The notes under the pieces are model-generated. The model saw only the letters and a program-made list of their open reading frames with translations, did no database searches and had not been told where the DNA came from. The position numbers and the translations under genes are program-made. From Sarea resinae (lineage: Eukaryota): 64,000 bases of DNA. Positions 36,178-49,632 of the stretch are shown here, in pieces (within the stretch, counting starts at the first letter, position 1; every line of letters begins with the position of its first letter). Location of the stretch: positions 1 to 64,000 of the forward strand of contig JAPEUD010000078.1 of the NCBI GenBank assembly GCA_026026165.1. Reading direction: 5' to 3'.

Positions 36178-37727
36178 GACTTTGGATGATTCCGTCAGTC
36201 GAGTCGAGCACCGCAAGGGCAATTCCCACACTCCTGAATCCTAGAAAAACGATGATGGTTCAAGGTGGGAGCATGTTTTCTCTCACGAGAAGCACGGGCG
36301 CAGATAGAATTGGTCTCGTGCGATGTTGGACTGTGGCGCAGATGGTGGGTATAGAGGGGAGAAGAGATGGATCGGGGAGGGGGGGGGGTCCGGGTCGAGT
36401 GAGTTTACTGGGGCTGACTGCTGCGTGAATGATCGGTCTCGGGCTAATAAGTGCCAACAGCAACCAGATGGACAACAACAGATGTTGCCATTTTATTTCT
36501 GTCTTTTTTTTCTGCGTTGGAGACCAAGCAGGAAGGCAGCGACTGGCGGAGAGGCGTCGAGCTGATATGGGATCTGCTGCTACATATTTGGTCCGTCTAT
36601 CTGACTTTCTCTACTCTAGTCGTGTTCTGCGTCTTCGACCGACTGTTGGCCAGCTCCCATCCATGGACCCATGGGTGTTTACGGCTGTACTTTGGCTCGG
36701 GCGAGAAATGGCGCCCATGGGCAAGTACTCCGTATGGCATGTGCATGGGCTAGATCGAATGCACCGGAATCAACACCATGCAAATGCAATGCACAGTGGT
36801 CGAAAGGAGCCGGGATCGAGCCCTGAAGTACTTCACTGTAAATATAGCGACGATTCTGGGAATCTTAACCGCGTTGGTCCATGTACAGAGGCGGTGACCG
36901 CCTCAATCCTCTCGGACGGGAATTGCCCATCCCACCTCGGCATGGATCAATGGGCATTCGAGGGATTTCATTCATGGATGCTGCATCTACTATAGTAAGG
37001 CGACAAGTACCTCCCGCCTACTGCGCCCGTACTCTTGGTGTGCGGTACTAAGGTAAGGTACCTTCTGTCCGTCGGCATCCACTTCCCTACTAGAGTCACC
37101 ACTGACCGCCTTCAGGACAAGGTTGCAGGCGACGGTGTCTGCCGATACCTCGTCCACGTACCTCGAGTACCTCGTACCCTCGCTTGCTCCGTACTGCGGT
37201 AGCCCTGGGAGCCCAGTGGGAACGGGCTGACCTAAGACGCTTTCTACGGGTACTCGGGACGACCGTTGTGGCAAGACTGCCATCATCCATGGATCTAGTA
37301 GTAGGTCCCACCGGCCTCGGCATCATCCCGCTGATGAAGATGGTCGTCGTCAGTCGCGAACTTGGGCAACATAGCAGTTAAACGTCACGACTCAAGTCTC
37401 AAGCACGGAATACATGGAATCTCCCCCCATCAACATTCTCAGGAAATCCGTCCAGATGCTTCATCCACCTGATCTGCCGCATTCTCGCTCTCTATGTATC
37501 TCGCCGACGTGCAATCATCCACGCTCAAGCCAGTCCAGCTGGCTGTCACCCTCCTGACTTGAAGCTGGCCATCAGGTCTCGCAGACCAGAGAACAACCGT
37601 CCCGATTCTAAGCAGTCTGAGCTTGCTGAGCCGGAGAAAGGCGGGCTTATACGGACACCTGCATCGGAGACATCCACCTCTGATGCCGTACCAGCATTCA
37701 GCTCGTTCAGAATTATAAGTTTACAAC

Positions 37728-40700
37728 ATGGCCGAACCACCGCGTGTGAATAATCCGCCACTTGCACTCTCCGAGCCACCTCCGCCACCTCCTCCGCTTC
37801 CTCCGCAAAAGTATACCCACAGGGCGACCAATGCTCTCGCGCGCTTTGCCCAGCCATTCATCTATGGATCGCGGCCTGCAAGCGTCCAGACTAGTCGATC
37901 CGATGAGATACGGAGAGAGATAGCTTCTGCAGCGATTGCGCGAGGACCGAAGTAAGCATCTCCAGGTAAAAGCATTCGATTAATAGATGTTGACCGGCAT
38001 CTAGTCCTCTCTCCTCTTTGACCACGACACACAAAACCGGCCTGGAGATAGATGCTCTCGATATCTCCCCTCAGGGAACTCATGCCGTTCTTGCTGGACA
38101 AAAGATCCTCAAGACGGTCCGGGTTTCCGATGCAACATGTGCTGAGGAGTTTAATTTGCGCTCTGCTATCATAGCGTATGCTTCAACACACAACACCTCT
38201 GGAACTACTTTATCCGCCAAACACAAGGATCAATTAGGCGCTGTCGATGTTAAGTGGTCACATGGCAGATTTGAAACTACCATTGCAACAGCTGTTGCCA
38301 ACGGGAAGGTGGTACTCTATGACATCAATCGTCCAGGCGTTGAGATGGCCCGTCTACACGAACATAATCGCCAGGTGCATAAGGTCGCGTTCAATCCTCA
38401 TCAAGGAGCTTTGCTTCTTTCCGGAAGTCAAGACACCACAGTGCGACTCTGGGATATGCGCGCAATGTCTGGCGAGCGAGGGGTGATGACATGCAGGAGT
38501 GTACATCGATATATGGGCAATACTGAAAGTGTCCGCGACCTGAAATGGTCTCCTACCGATGGCGTGGAATTTGCCTTTGGCACAGACAATGGTGTAATTC
38601 AACGATGGGACTTGCGCAAGGATAATGCACCCTTGCTCAAAATCAATGCGCATAGCAGGACCTGCAATTCCATCGATTGGCATCCTGACGGGAAACATCT
38701 TGTGAGCGCTGGCGCAGACAAGAATGTAAAGGTCTGGGACTTTTCATCCGTGAATCGACGACAGAAGTCTCCTTTTCAGCTTCGAGCTCCACATGGAGTA
38801 CTCAATGTGCGATGGCGTCCGCCGTGCTGGTCTTCGGAAACACAGGAAGCCGGTGGATGGCAGTCGACGCACATCGTCACCTCTTATGAAGACAAAGTTG
38901 ATCCACGTATACATCTTTGGGATTTCAGGCGACCGCACATGCCGTTCAGGGAATTTGACCGCTACAATAGGGCCCCAACGGATATGCTCTGGCATTCTCA
39001 AGATTTGCTCTGGACCGTCGGTAAAGAAGGCATCTTTACTCAAACAGATCTTCATTTCGTCCCGAAGGTCCTCGAGAGGCGCAGTCTTCAGGCTTTTGAT
39101 TGGGCTCCAGATGGCGAGATTACCTTTTTTACCCAAGTCAGACCTCGTCATCGTGATTTGAGCTTCGTAGAATCTCCTGATGAGATGCTTCTCAACGAGA
39201 GAGGTGCAGTGGGGAGTAGGAGTCCCACGGATGACAGCGTTGATGAAAGCTTCCTGAGTTCGTCGTTTCAAAGACGTCACCGTGGCTCAGAAGCGAAGTC
39301 CATGAAATCGTTGGGGAATACGCCTCCATCGGCTGGTAATCTAACAGCGACGGCCAAAACCATTATAAAGCTCGATGACGCCTTGGATAGGAGCGGCACT
39401 TCTAAACCCGCCCAAATGAGTTCGACTGGATATGTCTTGGGAACATTCGATGTCGCTGCCTTCATATATCTCGCCGAACGTTATAAGTCGAAGCCCTCTA
39501 AGAAACCTATTGCTACATTGCCATTTGAGTTGGACGAACGAATAAGAAGGGTGTTTGATCAGAATGCCGAATGCGCTTCGTACGTAGGGTTCTATCGGCG
39601 ATCTCAATCTTGGAAGATGCTTGGTCTCGCTATGTCTCGAGAGTTGCGAGTAAGGGCGGAGAAGAATCGGTTGGCAAGGTTCAGGAAAGGCCTGCCGACC
39701 AAAAAGGACCATCAAGAGCAATGGAAACCAGTCAAGGGTTCCGATGGGGAAAAGCTGAATGAACCGCCAAAGCTGAATCCAGCAATGAGGGCCCTTTCTT
39801 CCCGTGAAAATAACGGCAAGATTCCGATGCTGGAAAGCTCGTCCAATGTGCCAACTCCCATTGCGAGACCTCTTCCCGACTCACCGAGCCCTCTGACAGT
39901 CGAACACGAGGTTCCAGTTCTTGCTGGGCATGACAACCTGTCCTTGCCTCCTGCAATATTCACGCCTAGTCCGGACATTAGAAGCTTTCAGAATCAGCAG
40001 ATCACCACGGGATCTCATACGGATGGACTTGCTAGCTATTCGTCTCAGTGGTTCAATTCCCACGAAGATGTGGCCGAACGACGAGCTATGATGAGTAGCT
40101 GGCGAGCTCGGCCGAAGCCGATTCTGAGTCTTGACCCCCCGAGTGAGCAACAGGAGGCTTCTTCGTTTCATCCTCCATTTGAGAGACACGACTCAAACGA
40201 AAGCTTTCCGATGTTCTCAGCATCGTCTGATTCTCAACCATTGCGATCGATGCCTAGCTCTTTTGCTGAAAGCTCCAAAGGACAAGAGCTGGAACCTCTC
40301 CCTGAAATATGGGAAGAGAACTTTTCTCTACAAGAATCTCCAGACGATGCGAACCTTAAAGTCGCATCTTTGGGGATTACAAATTCTAGCTCCGAGTCTG
40401 ACCTTTATCTGTACGACTTTGCTTCCCATCATGATATCCATGAAGATAAAATGGAGGCAAGCGGTACAATCGTTCCAGACGAGCAGCCTCGCAAACCCAC
40501 TCCGGTTAGATCGATCGAAGAAAGGGCCCCGCATTCCTCAAGCAGCAAGCCCGCTTCTCCCGCGGTTGGCAGTCGTCCTTTTATGCCTTCGGATTATTTA
40601 CCTCCAACTGAACAGCCCCCAGACTGCGATGTAGCTTGGACTGCCTCGTCTATGCTCTCGCATCTCATTGAATTCCATACCGGAACACTTGCAGATGCAC

Positions 40701-41452
40701 AGACGCCCGCTCACCTTTTGCTTCTCCTCGCACCCGTACTTGGTCCCAATCCCTCCATCCCTTTTGCGCTCGCAGAATCTGTCCTTGCAACCTACCATGC
40801 TCATCTCCTCTCTCTCCGACTTCACAAAGCCGCGGCCCAGCTTCGTCGTCTATGCTATCCGACTTACCCTTCCGTCTTTGATCAGGGGCTGCAAGACGTT
40901 TACGTCGGGCTCGTTTGCCGCCAATGCCACAAGCGTCTCGAAAACGTCAAAACTAAACGCAGCATTTGGATCTGCGAACGCTGTCTTGGAGCTCAAGCAC
41001 CTTGTTCTGTATGTCGACTGCGAAAGCCCGCACTGGGTCCTGAGAGGGAAAGTACGCTATGGGCGTGGTGTCAAGGGTGCGGGCACGGTGGGCACGAGGA
41101 ATGTCTTCGGGCATGGTGGGCGGACGAGTCCAGTGAGGGTGGCTGTGCTAGCGAGGGATGTGCGCATGACTGTACGTCGGGCAAGAGACGCGATGATCGA
41201 TTACGGCGGCGAGCGGAGAAGGAGAAAAAGGACAGGGGCGCCGTTAGGAGGGACAGCTGGGTGGTGGGCGAGAGCAAGGCTGTTGAGAGGGTGAGGACTA
41301 AGCTTGGTCCTCCTGGAGGTGTTGGGGGCGAGACAAGGGCCTCGGCTGAAGCTCTCGCCGCTGCTCATGCTAATGCTAATGCCAGTGGCCGGACTAGCCC
41401 AGGTGGACGAAAGGTGCGACTTCTGGATCCGACAATTACAGAGGGTAAATAA
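37728..41452 (+). CDS. rtc1: SEA/GATOR2 complex subunit Rtc1/Sea2 (WDR24-like): WD40 repeats plus C-terminal RING
   Basis: WD repeats ([26 protein letters not shown]) and C-terminal [27 protein letters not shown]. Intron 37952-38004 links exon 1 in frame. Confidence 0.88.
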
Positions 41453-41924
41453 GTGGCGTTCATGTAGTTTGGAAGTCAACAGACGGCGTATTATGATGCA
41501 TTCATGGTTTAGCATATCTTTTTATACCTTTACAGTCGTATACGTGGGGGCCTTCTGTCGTCGAATTTGGCTTGTCCATGGATCTCTGTGTACCTGAACA
41601 TTTTCAGGCAATGTGCTAGCCGTACTATGCCATTTTTGAATTATCCTATCTGTATAACAGAAGTTCTGACACGATTCAAATACCTCGTCTACTCTCTTGC
41701 TCTTCAATGCGAATTCCAAATTTGTTGCCAATTCCATCGGCGATTAATCCACCATAGATATTACATAGGACCGTCTCATCACAGAGATTATGCGTGAGCT
41801 TGGCTGCTGTAGCACTTATGAGTGATAACCTACCTTACTTTTCTCGAACCACTCTCGCGTGGACAAGGAGACTTCTGCCTTCCATGGGCAACGCGGTGCG
41901 ATCCAATCGATTCCTATCCTACCC

Positions 41925-42075
41925 TATTCATTCATTCATTCATTCATTCATCCATCACTCCCCACTGCCTCTTCTTACCCGTCCTTTTCTTTACTTTACT
42001 TAGCCTTCCCCTACCTACCTACCTGCCTACCTACCTACCTACCTACCTACCTACCTTCTTCCCTACCCACCTACC
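41925..42075. repeat. Microsatellites (TTCA)n and (CTAC)n upstream of the tRNA
   Basis: TTCA run at ~41927-41950 and CTAC run at ~42011-42056, read directly. Confidence 0.9.
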
Positions 42076-42151
42076 TCCCTTACCAACCTATCTATATATA
42101 CCCCCTCACGCTTCCAACGCAATAAGAAGCCCTCCCAAAAATCAAGCAAAT

Positions 42152-42258
42152 GGTCGTATGGCTCAGTTGGTTAGAGCATCGTGCTAATATTTCCTTCGAC
42201 GGCTCGTCGGAGTACAATGTTAACGCGAGGGTCCTGGGTTCGACCCCCAGTATGACCA
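42152..42258 (+). tRNA. tRNA-Ile (anticodon AAT) with 33-nt intron
   Basis: Acceptor stem GGTCGTA/TATGACC, D-arm GCTC..GAGC, anticodon stem TCGTG/CGCGA with AAT at 42186-42188, intron 42190-42222, T-arm CTGGG-TTCGACC-CCCAG. Confidence 0.95.
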
Positions 42259-42277
42259 CAGATTTCTGCTTCTTCCT

Positions 42278-42289
42278 CTTTTTTTTTTT
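42278..42289 (+). terminator. Pol III poly-T terminator of tRNA-Ile
   Basis: T-run about 20 nt after the tRNA 3' end. Confidence 0.8.
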
Positions 42290-45200
42290 CGCTTTTTGTG
42301 GTGGGTGGGTGAGTGGGTTGGTGCGGTGGGTCGTGTGCGCTGCGCGGCGCTGCGCGGCGCTGCGCTGGGTTTGGGGCTAGCGGGGCTGGCTGCGGGCGTC
42401 GCGGGGAGATGGTACTTCGTACGTACTGCGCAGTACTGCGTAAGGTTAGGTACGAAGGTACCTAGATGTGATGATTGGTGCGTGGGTGGGATCGATGGGG
42501 CGCGGGAAGTGCCGGCTCGCTTCTTTTTTTTCTTCTTGTTCGCCGCTCGCTGGAGCGGAGCGGAGCGGAGCGGAAAGAGCGGAATGTAGCGGAGGGGAGA
42601 GGGGGAGCCTGATTGTATGTACAGTCTCTATACATGCTTTATGTATCTCGAACTATAAATAACAAAACCGATAATCATGATACGATGGGATAGGTAAGGA
42701 TAGCTATACATAGCAAGTATATAACAAGTAGGATGAAGAGATAGTTCGGTTTGTTTTATTATACTGTTTTATTGTGTTAGCTTTGTGTACTGTATGTAGT
42801 AGAGTTGATAGAGCTTGCTAGTTAGTATTGTTTTGGTTTTTCTATCGCTAGTACTATAATATGCTTCTACTAATCAGAGGTTAAGAGCCTAGATTTCTAG
42901 AAGAAGGCCTAAGACTTTTATGTGAGAGACCTCTTAAGTGCAATCCCTAGCTTAACCTGAAATCTTATCTTGAATCCAAGCTTGAGAGTTCTGTCCGTGA
43001 AAACACACATCACCCTCTACCTATCTGCCTATCTACCTACACACATAAGACACACCCACAGATATAAAGGCGATTTTCCAGCCCAACTCCTCTCCTTACC
43101 TTAAAAACCATGAACATTGCTAAATGCGAACGCAAACGCGGGGCGCGCTCGGCCTTTGGGCAGCTAGAGCTAGCTCTAGACAGCCAAGGTAATTTGATAG
43201 GGCCGTGATAAGGGGGTCGGAATGATGTATCCTTTTTGTTAGTGGAGAGTAGCCTAGCTTGAGTGAGTGAGTAGATAGGTGAGTGGGTGGGTGTCTGGAC
43301 TAGGCTTCGGATTCGGAGTGGGATTTGGCTTGATGTCTGGGGTTGAGTTGGGGAAAGGAGAAGGAAGAGAGGGAAGAGAGGGAGGTAAGGCGGATGAGTG
43401 GGGAGGTTTGGAAGAGGGGAGGAGAGGCTGGAAAATAGGAGATAAGATCTGGAGTTGGAGTCTGTTTTAGCTGCCTAGGCTGACGACGACGATGATAGAC
43501 CATAATGCTTGGACTGGGCTTGATGGTCGGCAGACTGTACACGGCGATGAGGATGAGATGGGGTATCAACGGGTTGCATAGTGAAAGAGAAAGAGTGAAT
43601 TGCATGAATCAGACTGACATTGAGGTTATAAGACGAACGAGATGAAGTCGAGAAGACGGTCACATTGCAATCACCTTAGACAGTCATTGCTAGATTGCTC
43701 ATTGGATATCTCATCGGATCGCATCGTGAAACCTTCTCGAAGACAACCCGATAGACTTTCCACAAGACAAAACGAAGAGCACGGGGAGCCCCCAGCAGTG
43801 GTGATTTGTTGAATTCCATCGACAAATCCCTTGCGTCCCCCAATGTTAGTCTCATGACAAGACTTCCTGGTCTTGCTTTCAGAGGCGCATCTCCCAGAAA
43901 CCGGTCGATTACGGTGGCGGCGTTCTTTCGGTCGTCGGACAAAAAACAGGACGTTATTTCCCGGGTGGTTTTCCGGGGTGCATGTATTCGCACGTAAGTC
44001 AAGACGTCAAAGTAAGTATCCGGCACCCCAGGGACAAAGTACACGAAGCAGGTAGCCAACAAACGCCATGCATAATAATCATCTTCAGAAGCCAGCCACA
44101 GCCATGTATTCGTACAGGAGACATCTGACCAAGCTTAAAGGCGGTGAAGGATGCAGAAGGTGGCATACAGAACAACGCAAGATGCAGCATAGCCTTCCCT
44201 GGACGCAGCAGCTAGACAAAGCAGATTGGCAATTATCTTGGCCTCTGCTCGTGGGATGCACAACAGAAGAAAGGGGAAAGCGAACGTGGCGCGATGACTT
44301 CGGCCGTTTGGAAGTGTCTGGGCTGGGCCTATCGTGTTGCGTCCTTTGGGGCGAAAATAGATGAAGCTTACTGTGCCAACGTGAAGCTAATGTATTGGAT
44401 GCTTGGCAGCTTCAGACTTGCCTTTCACTGAGGAGATGTCTCCGAATCTGTCGTGATAGAGTATCTCGACCATGATTTGGCCGTGTCGTATTGCGTCTTC
44501 TGGGGCTGATACCTTGAAGCTAAAGCGAATGCATCTGCGCAATGTCCCACTCTAAATTGAGGAAGTATCTCCGATGAATGTAGAACGAGGGAATCGCGAC
44601 CGTGATCGTAGCAGCATGCGTTGTCTGCGGTACCGGTCGATTTAAATAGGTATTGAGAGCAGAGATACAGTTGGAGTCTCGCGGCTGCTCTGATAGCTGC
44701 AATTACAAGGGTCGAAAATTCAATGCCTACTTCAGTACCTACCTTAGGTATCCGTTATCTACTCCGAGTAGCGCTTCATCACCAGTGGATGTTGGCTGCC
44801 AAGCTTCGAGCCAACTTCCGAAGCAGCTTCATGCCAGGATAGAAGAAGCCAGACCGCCAGGTCGGCAGTACGTGATATTCAAGTGGCACCTCTGTCAGGA
44901 GTGCAATGAAGAGTCGCTGCTCCGGACTGTTGCCGTCACGCCATTGTAGGTACGAGGACGGGAATTCTGCATGATAATGTCCGAAGGACGAAGTACGTCG
45001 ATTGCCAAATTGCACCGTTTGGGCGCATATTTGGGGCAAGGACATACTGGAGTACGCGCATTTCTCCGATAGAGCCGTGGGGTAGTGATCGAAGTGAACC
45101 TATGAACCTATGAGCTTGGAACAGAAGCTACGTGGCAAACCGACGGGCGCGAAGACGGCTATGATCGATATGATCAGTCTCTTCTTGTTCCAGGTTGTCG

Positions 45201-46920
45201 TCTCGTCTGAACCAGAACGGGTCGGGCCGTGTCCTTGAAGACGACACCTCCCTATCATGGCGGCGAGCTCGGTGGGATCAAGACCGAATGCGTCATGGAC
45301 ACGCGAGCCATGTGAGGTGAGGGAGGGACGCAGGAATTGTCTTCCCACGCCGTGAGACCCATGTCTTGATCATTGATCTCCCGAGCTCTTGCCGGACAGG
45401 GCGGCGCTTCTCAAGTCGTTTGAAACGCCGTTCTGCATCGCTATCCGGACTGAGGATTCTGCATGTCAACATCCACCCATCTATCTCCGAACCTGCTGGT
45501 CGGATCCGATCCACACCCTACCTGATGGACTTTGGAATGCCGCTAAGTTAGGTGCAACTGCTTCACGCGTGCGCATCCACCTACCTACCTTACTGAGCGG
45601 TCTGATCTGCCCCGTCCGGTATAGCCCACGTTGCCGAAGACCAGAGACATCAGAGACACCAATGACATCTGAGGGTGATGTGATCTGTAGGGTCCGTCGA
45701 AGGAGGTCAATTGAATCTGGCTTACCGCCAAATCACTCGAGGAAGCCCGACGGCAGGGACAGAGAGAAAAAGAGGAGAGAGCGAACACGACGGATCCATG
45801 TCGGCGGTTTCGTCATTGAGACCAATATCTGAAATGACATATCATTTCTCCATCTCATCTGTCTCATCTAGCTCATCTAATCTTTTCGGCTCGGGAGGGA
45901 GGACAAGAAGCGTCGCGAACGGCTGGCCACAGCAGACCGGGGCCGGGCAAGAGTGAAGAGGAAGTAGGCAACCGGCCAGGAACGGCGGAATTGGAGGTCT
46001 GAAGTAGGCGTCTGATCTAGAGATGCAGACTAGGTGCTAGGTGCTCGGTGCTCTAGGCCTGCGATATCCGATGATCATATAGAGATGGGTACAGTGATGC
46101 GACTTTGTCTATCTGCCGGAGGGGTGCGATCCGATTCCCTGCTGCCAGGACTGGGCAGTAAGGCAAGAGAAGAAGATCATTCATCACCAATCGTCATCAT
46201 ACCTACCTTCCATTCTTTCATCTTCATGCCCTACCAGCCACGGCCTTCCGCCTGGGGTGCTGACATACCGACCTTTGCGTTAGATGGGCATGAGCGGTGA
46301 AACGCCCGACCAGCTCCTCTGTCTGCTCTATGCAGCATCAATAAACTTACAGACTCCTACTCGTCCCGCACTGGAACACTGACGCTGGCTTAATGCAAGT
46401 ATCGAACCGTTCCATTGCTTGACAGGCAAAGGAGATCACGAGAGCTAGCTACCTGGAGTCACGACAACGAGAGGCATCTGAAGTAATGGTCGTAGATGGG
46501 TAAATATCATATCTCATAATAGCATGTACACCTCTACCATGGGTAGGTAGTACTGTCGTTGTAGTAATGGTAGTCGTCGTAATCCGGAAGGCAAGAGGAA
46601 AGCAAATGAAAACGGAGCAAATCTATCGCGAATGGAGAAGAATCTCCATCCATGGATCGTTGAAATGGACGCCAATCGACAGGGCCGTTTTCCCTTTTCC
46701 GCCAGACGTGATACATATCCCGCATACTCCACATGTCCCATCCACCCGTGCCCAGCTTTTACCATACTCCAATGCAATCATCAAAGTCTATAAGTCATCA
46801 ACCGATAATCGATACAAGCCCTGCAGCATTCATACTCATATTCATCCTCGTCCTCATCCTCATCCTTGAACTTGTACTCGCATTCCTCATGAGTCATTGG
46901 TCAATCGTAGCTTGAGCTGG

Positions 46921-48491
46921 CTAAGAATGGAAGAATGATCCCGAAGCTGATTCGTCGAATGGATATGCTGTAGCCCCAGAACCTTGGACGCCTTCGAGTA
47001 TGTCCGAGTCGTCGCAGAAGAAAGGCTCGCCTGGCACATTAGGGATGCAGCCCACGATATCCTCAAATCCAAAACTGTAGCTCTCTCGTTTTACGGGCTT
47101 TGGCCGCGAGTATGGAGAATGAGAGTCTAGACCATAGGAAGGCTGCCTCGTGATGTGCGAATTGATGCCTGGAGTCAGAGGTGGGCCATGGCTATGATTC
47201 TCGATGGATGATCGAGGAACAATGGCCATGCCACCAGCTGCTCGGTCGATCAATTCCATCTCGTCGGAATCCTCGACTCTGCCAGCTCGCCTCGATCTCG
47301 CTGCCTTCCTGGCGGCTCGTCCTCCTTTGGCTCCAGACCGTTGACGCTGTGGTGCTGGGCTATCTATTCGGGCAGTCTTCTTAAATGGGACGCTCTTCCG
47401 GAACCGGGTTGTAGACTTGACGCCGTTGAGTACGGCCGATGGTTCAAGCACCCAGATGAATCCCTTCTTCGACTCATCTGCCGGAAAGACCTGGTCTACC
47501 TTTTGGAACGCCTGCTTTGATTAGCAGCCCGATCATTTGAAGCGCCGATGGAACCTACCCCGTTCATTGAAAGGTTATGACGAATGCTGTTCTGCCATCC
47601 CTTGGACGAAGAATTCTTTGCCTTGTCCGTATTTCGCTGGAACCATCCGTAGATATCCCGGAGTACCATTTTGTGTTCGGGTACACTCATTAGAGCCTTG
47701 TAGATTAGCTTTGCATAAGGCTCTTCATTAGTCGTGCCGTCGGTCTCGTCATCATCTTCCACCGTAGGCATCAGGTCAGGCGAATAGTCATCAGGCATGA
47801 TCACTGAATCTGCCGGGGCGCTGCCTTGATGATTCTGATCGGGCCGAAATAATCCTCCGTTGATGTCGTTGTCAAATCTATCAAGATGAAGCTGCGCTAG
47901 AGCCTGGCTTTCAAGCTCCATAGGGGATGTGCTTTCCCCCGACTCTTGTTGCTGGTCATCAGCAAAGAGCGAATATTGTTGCGGATCAAGATGATAAGCA
48001 GCGGGTGGGTATGCCTCAGAGATGGAATCGAGAGACCCTGAAGCAGAATCTGTAAATTGCTCGGATTGATAGCTTCGTGGACACCCGGCCAGCGAATTGG
48101 TCACCGGATAGCTGTACGTGGTATCGGACCAGAGCAAGCTGTCTGGTAGCTTGATCTCTGCACATGCTCGCCTGTTGGGATTCTCAAGCGGCAGTCCATG
48201 GCATGACTGAAAGTTCATGCCCGCCTGGTACAAGTTTGAAGCAGCGAGGAAACTTGGCCACTGAGGAGGTTCCGTCATTGATATGATGTTTTCGGGATAT
48301 ACTGGAGCTCGTGCTGAAACTGGAAGGGACAGAGCTGGGGGATCAAGCATAGACGATATACTCTTTTGGGGCCGACGATTTGATGCTTGGGAAGGGATAG
48401 AGGACGGCCTTCTCGAGGAAGCGTTGAGATCGTAACTCGTGGGAGATCGACGGGGGAGCAACTGTTGACATGGCGATTGCTGCGAAGCCAT
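46921..48491 (-). CDS. Forkhead-box transcription factor
   Basis: PYAKLIYKAL...MVLRDIYGWF...KGWQNSIRHNLSMNG|AFQKV...KGFIWVL. Intron 47558-47512 restores the domain in frame. Confidence 0.92.
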
Positions 48492-49453
48492 TGCTCGTTG
48501 GAGGCTGTCGGCTTTGACTAAGTTTATCGTACGGACGGGAGGCTGAAGTAACGGAGCGCTTTCCAGAAAGGACAGAAGCGACAGACAATGCATGACTATT
48601 CAAATGGCGCAGATTTCCGCACGGGAGAGCTTCATTCATAAATCTACCAGTCATGCGACGTGGGTGCCAGCGCATCAGGAGATAGGTCTATTGCAGTAGA
48701 ACAGAGAGACAGACGGACAGAAAGAGAGAAAGAGAACGAAAGAGAAGACGGCGAGCGTGGGAAAGGGAAAAGAGAGGCAGCATAGCAAACAGGACGAGAA
48801 TATCAAAAGGCCGGGCCCGCCTGAGGGTTGTTTCTCTGCATCATCCTCGCTTGTACCTGTGCTTTGCTATGCTCCCCTACGTCTGCTCTGCTCTGCTTCA
48901 CTGAATACTGCGTGAATATCCTGACCATGCCTGACCCTGTCCTGGTCAAGCGATTGGCATTGCTGCCGGATCACGTACACGAGCAGGCGGAACCAATGCA
49001 ATGCCCAGGGTGGAGATCCCCGCTATGTGACACAGACCTTGTCGTCGATCATTGCGCAGGGAGGGCGAGCAAGTGGAGGTCAGTAGGGGGAAGGGGAGGA
49101 AGGGGAGGAAGGGGAGGATGGGGAGGAACTGCATGTAGGGAGAGCGGTGGGCAGGCAATTCCGTGGGTTGCGAATCGGAGGGATGCAGTTCTGGTAAGGA
49201 ATCAGAATGAGCCATTGGATGGACGCGCGCATACGACTACGGGGCGACAGGCAACGAGCGTCCATCGATGCCGACCATGGGATTCTGCAGCCCCAAGAGG
49301 GCTTCCAGAAGGTCTTTCCAGCCCAGAGCGGGGAGCAGACGTAGCCCAACGGTCAAGAGGGGGAGCCTGACCAGCTGGAGAAGTGTCAAGTCTTAGGTCG
49401 GTGGGTGATGCTCTGCCAGATTCGAATCAACCCCACCAGTTGGGATGGATGGA

Positions 49454-49632
49454 TCGATGTGCTTGTCGATGTGCTTGTCGATGTGCTTGACATCATGTCG
49501 GGACTTTGTAGTAGGTGCCCTGCCCATTCCATCATGCCATCTAGGCTAGAGTTGCACTGCCGGTGACGGTGACGGTGACGGTGACGGTGACGGTGACGGT
49601 GACGGTGGCAGTGGCAGTGGCAGTGGCAGTGG
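49454..49632. repeat. Short tandem repeats: (TCGATGTGCTTG)x3 and compound (GGTGAC)x7-(GTGGCA)n
   Basis: Read directly at 49454-49489 and 49562-49632. Confidence 0.9.

Noticed and set aside
36260..36274. Short uORF (MLPP*) upstream of hmt1
   Set aside because: The transcript start is unknown and a 4-codon ORF is expected by chance.
48828..49370. 180-aa ORF with RGG-like repeats
   Set aside because: The RGG run is a by-product of the purine tract; TTG start and no other coding signal.
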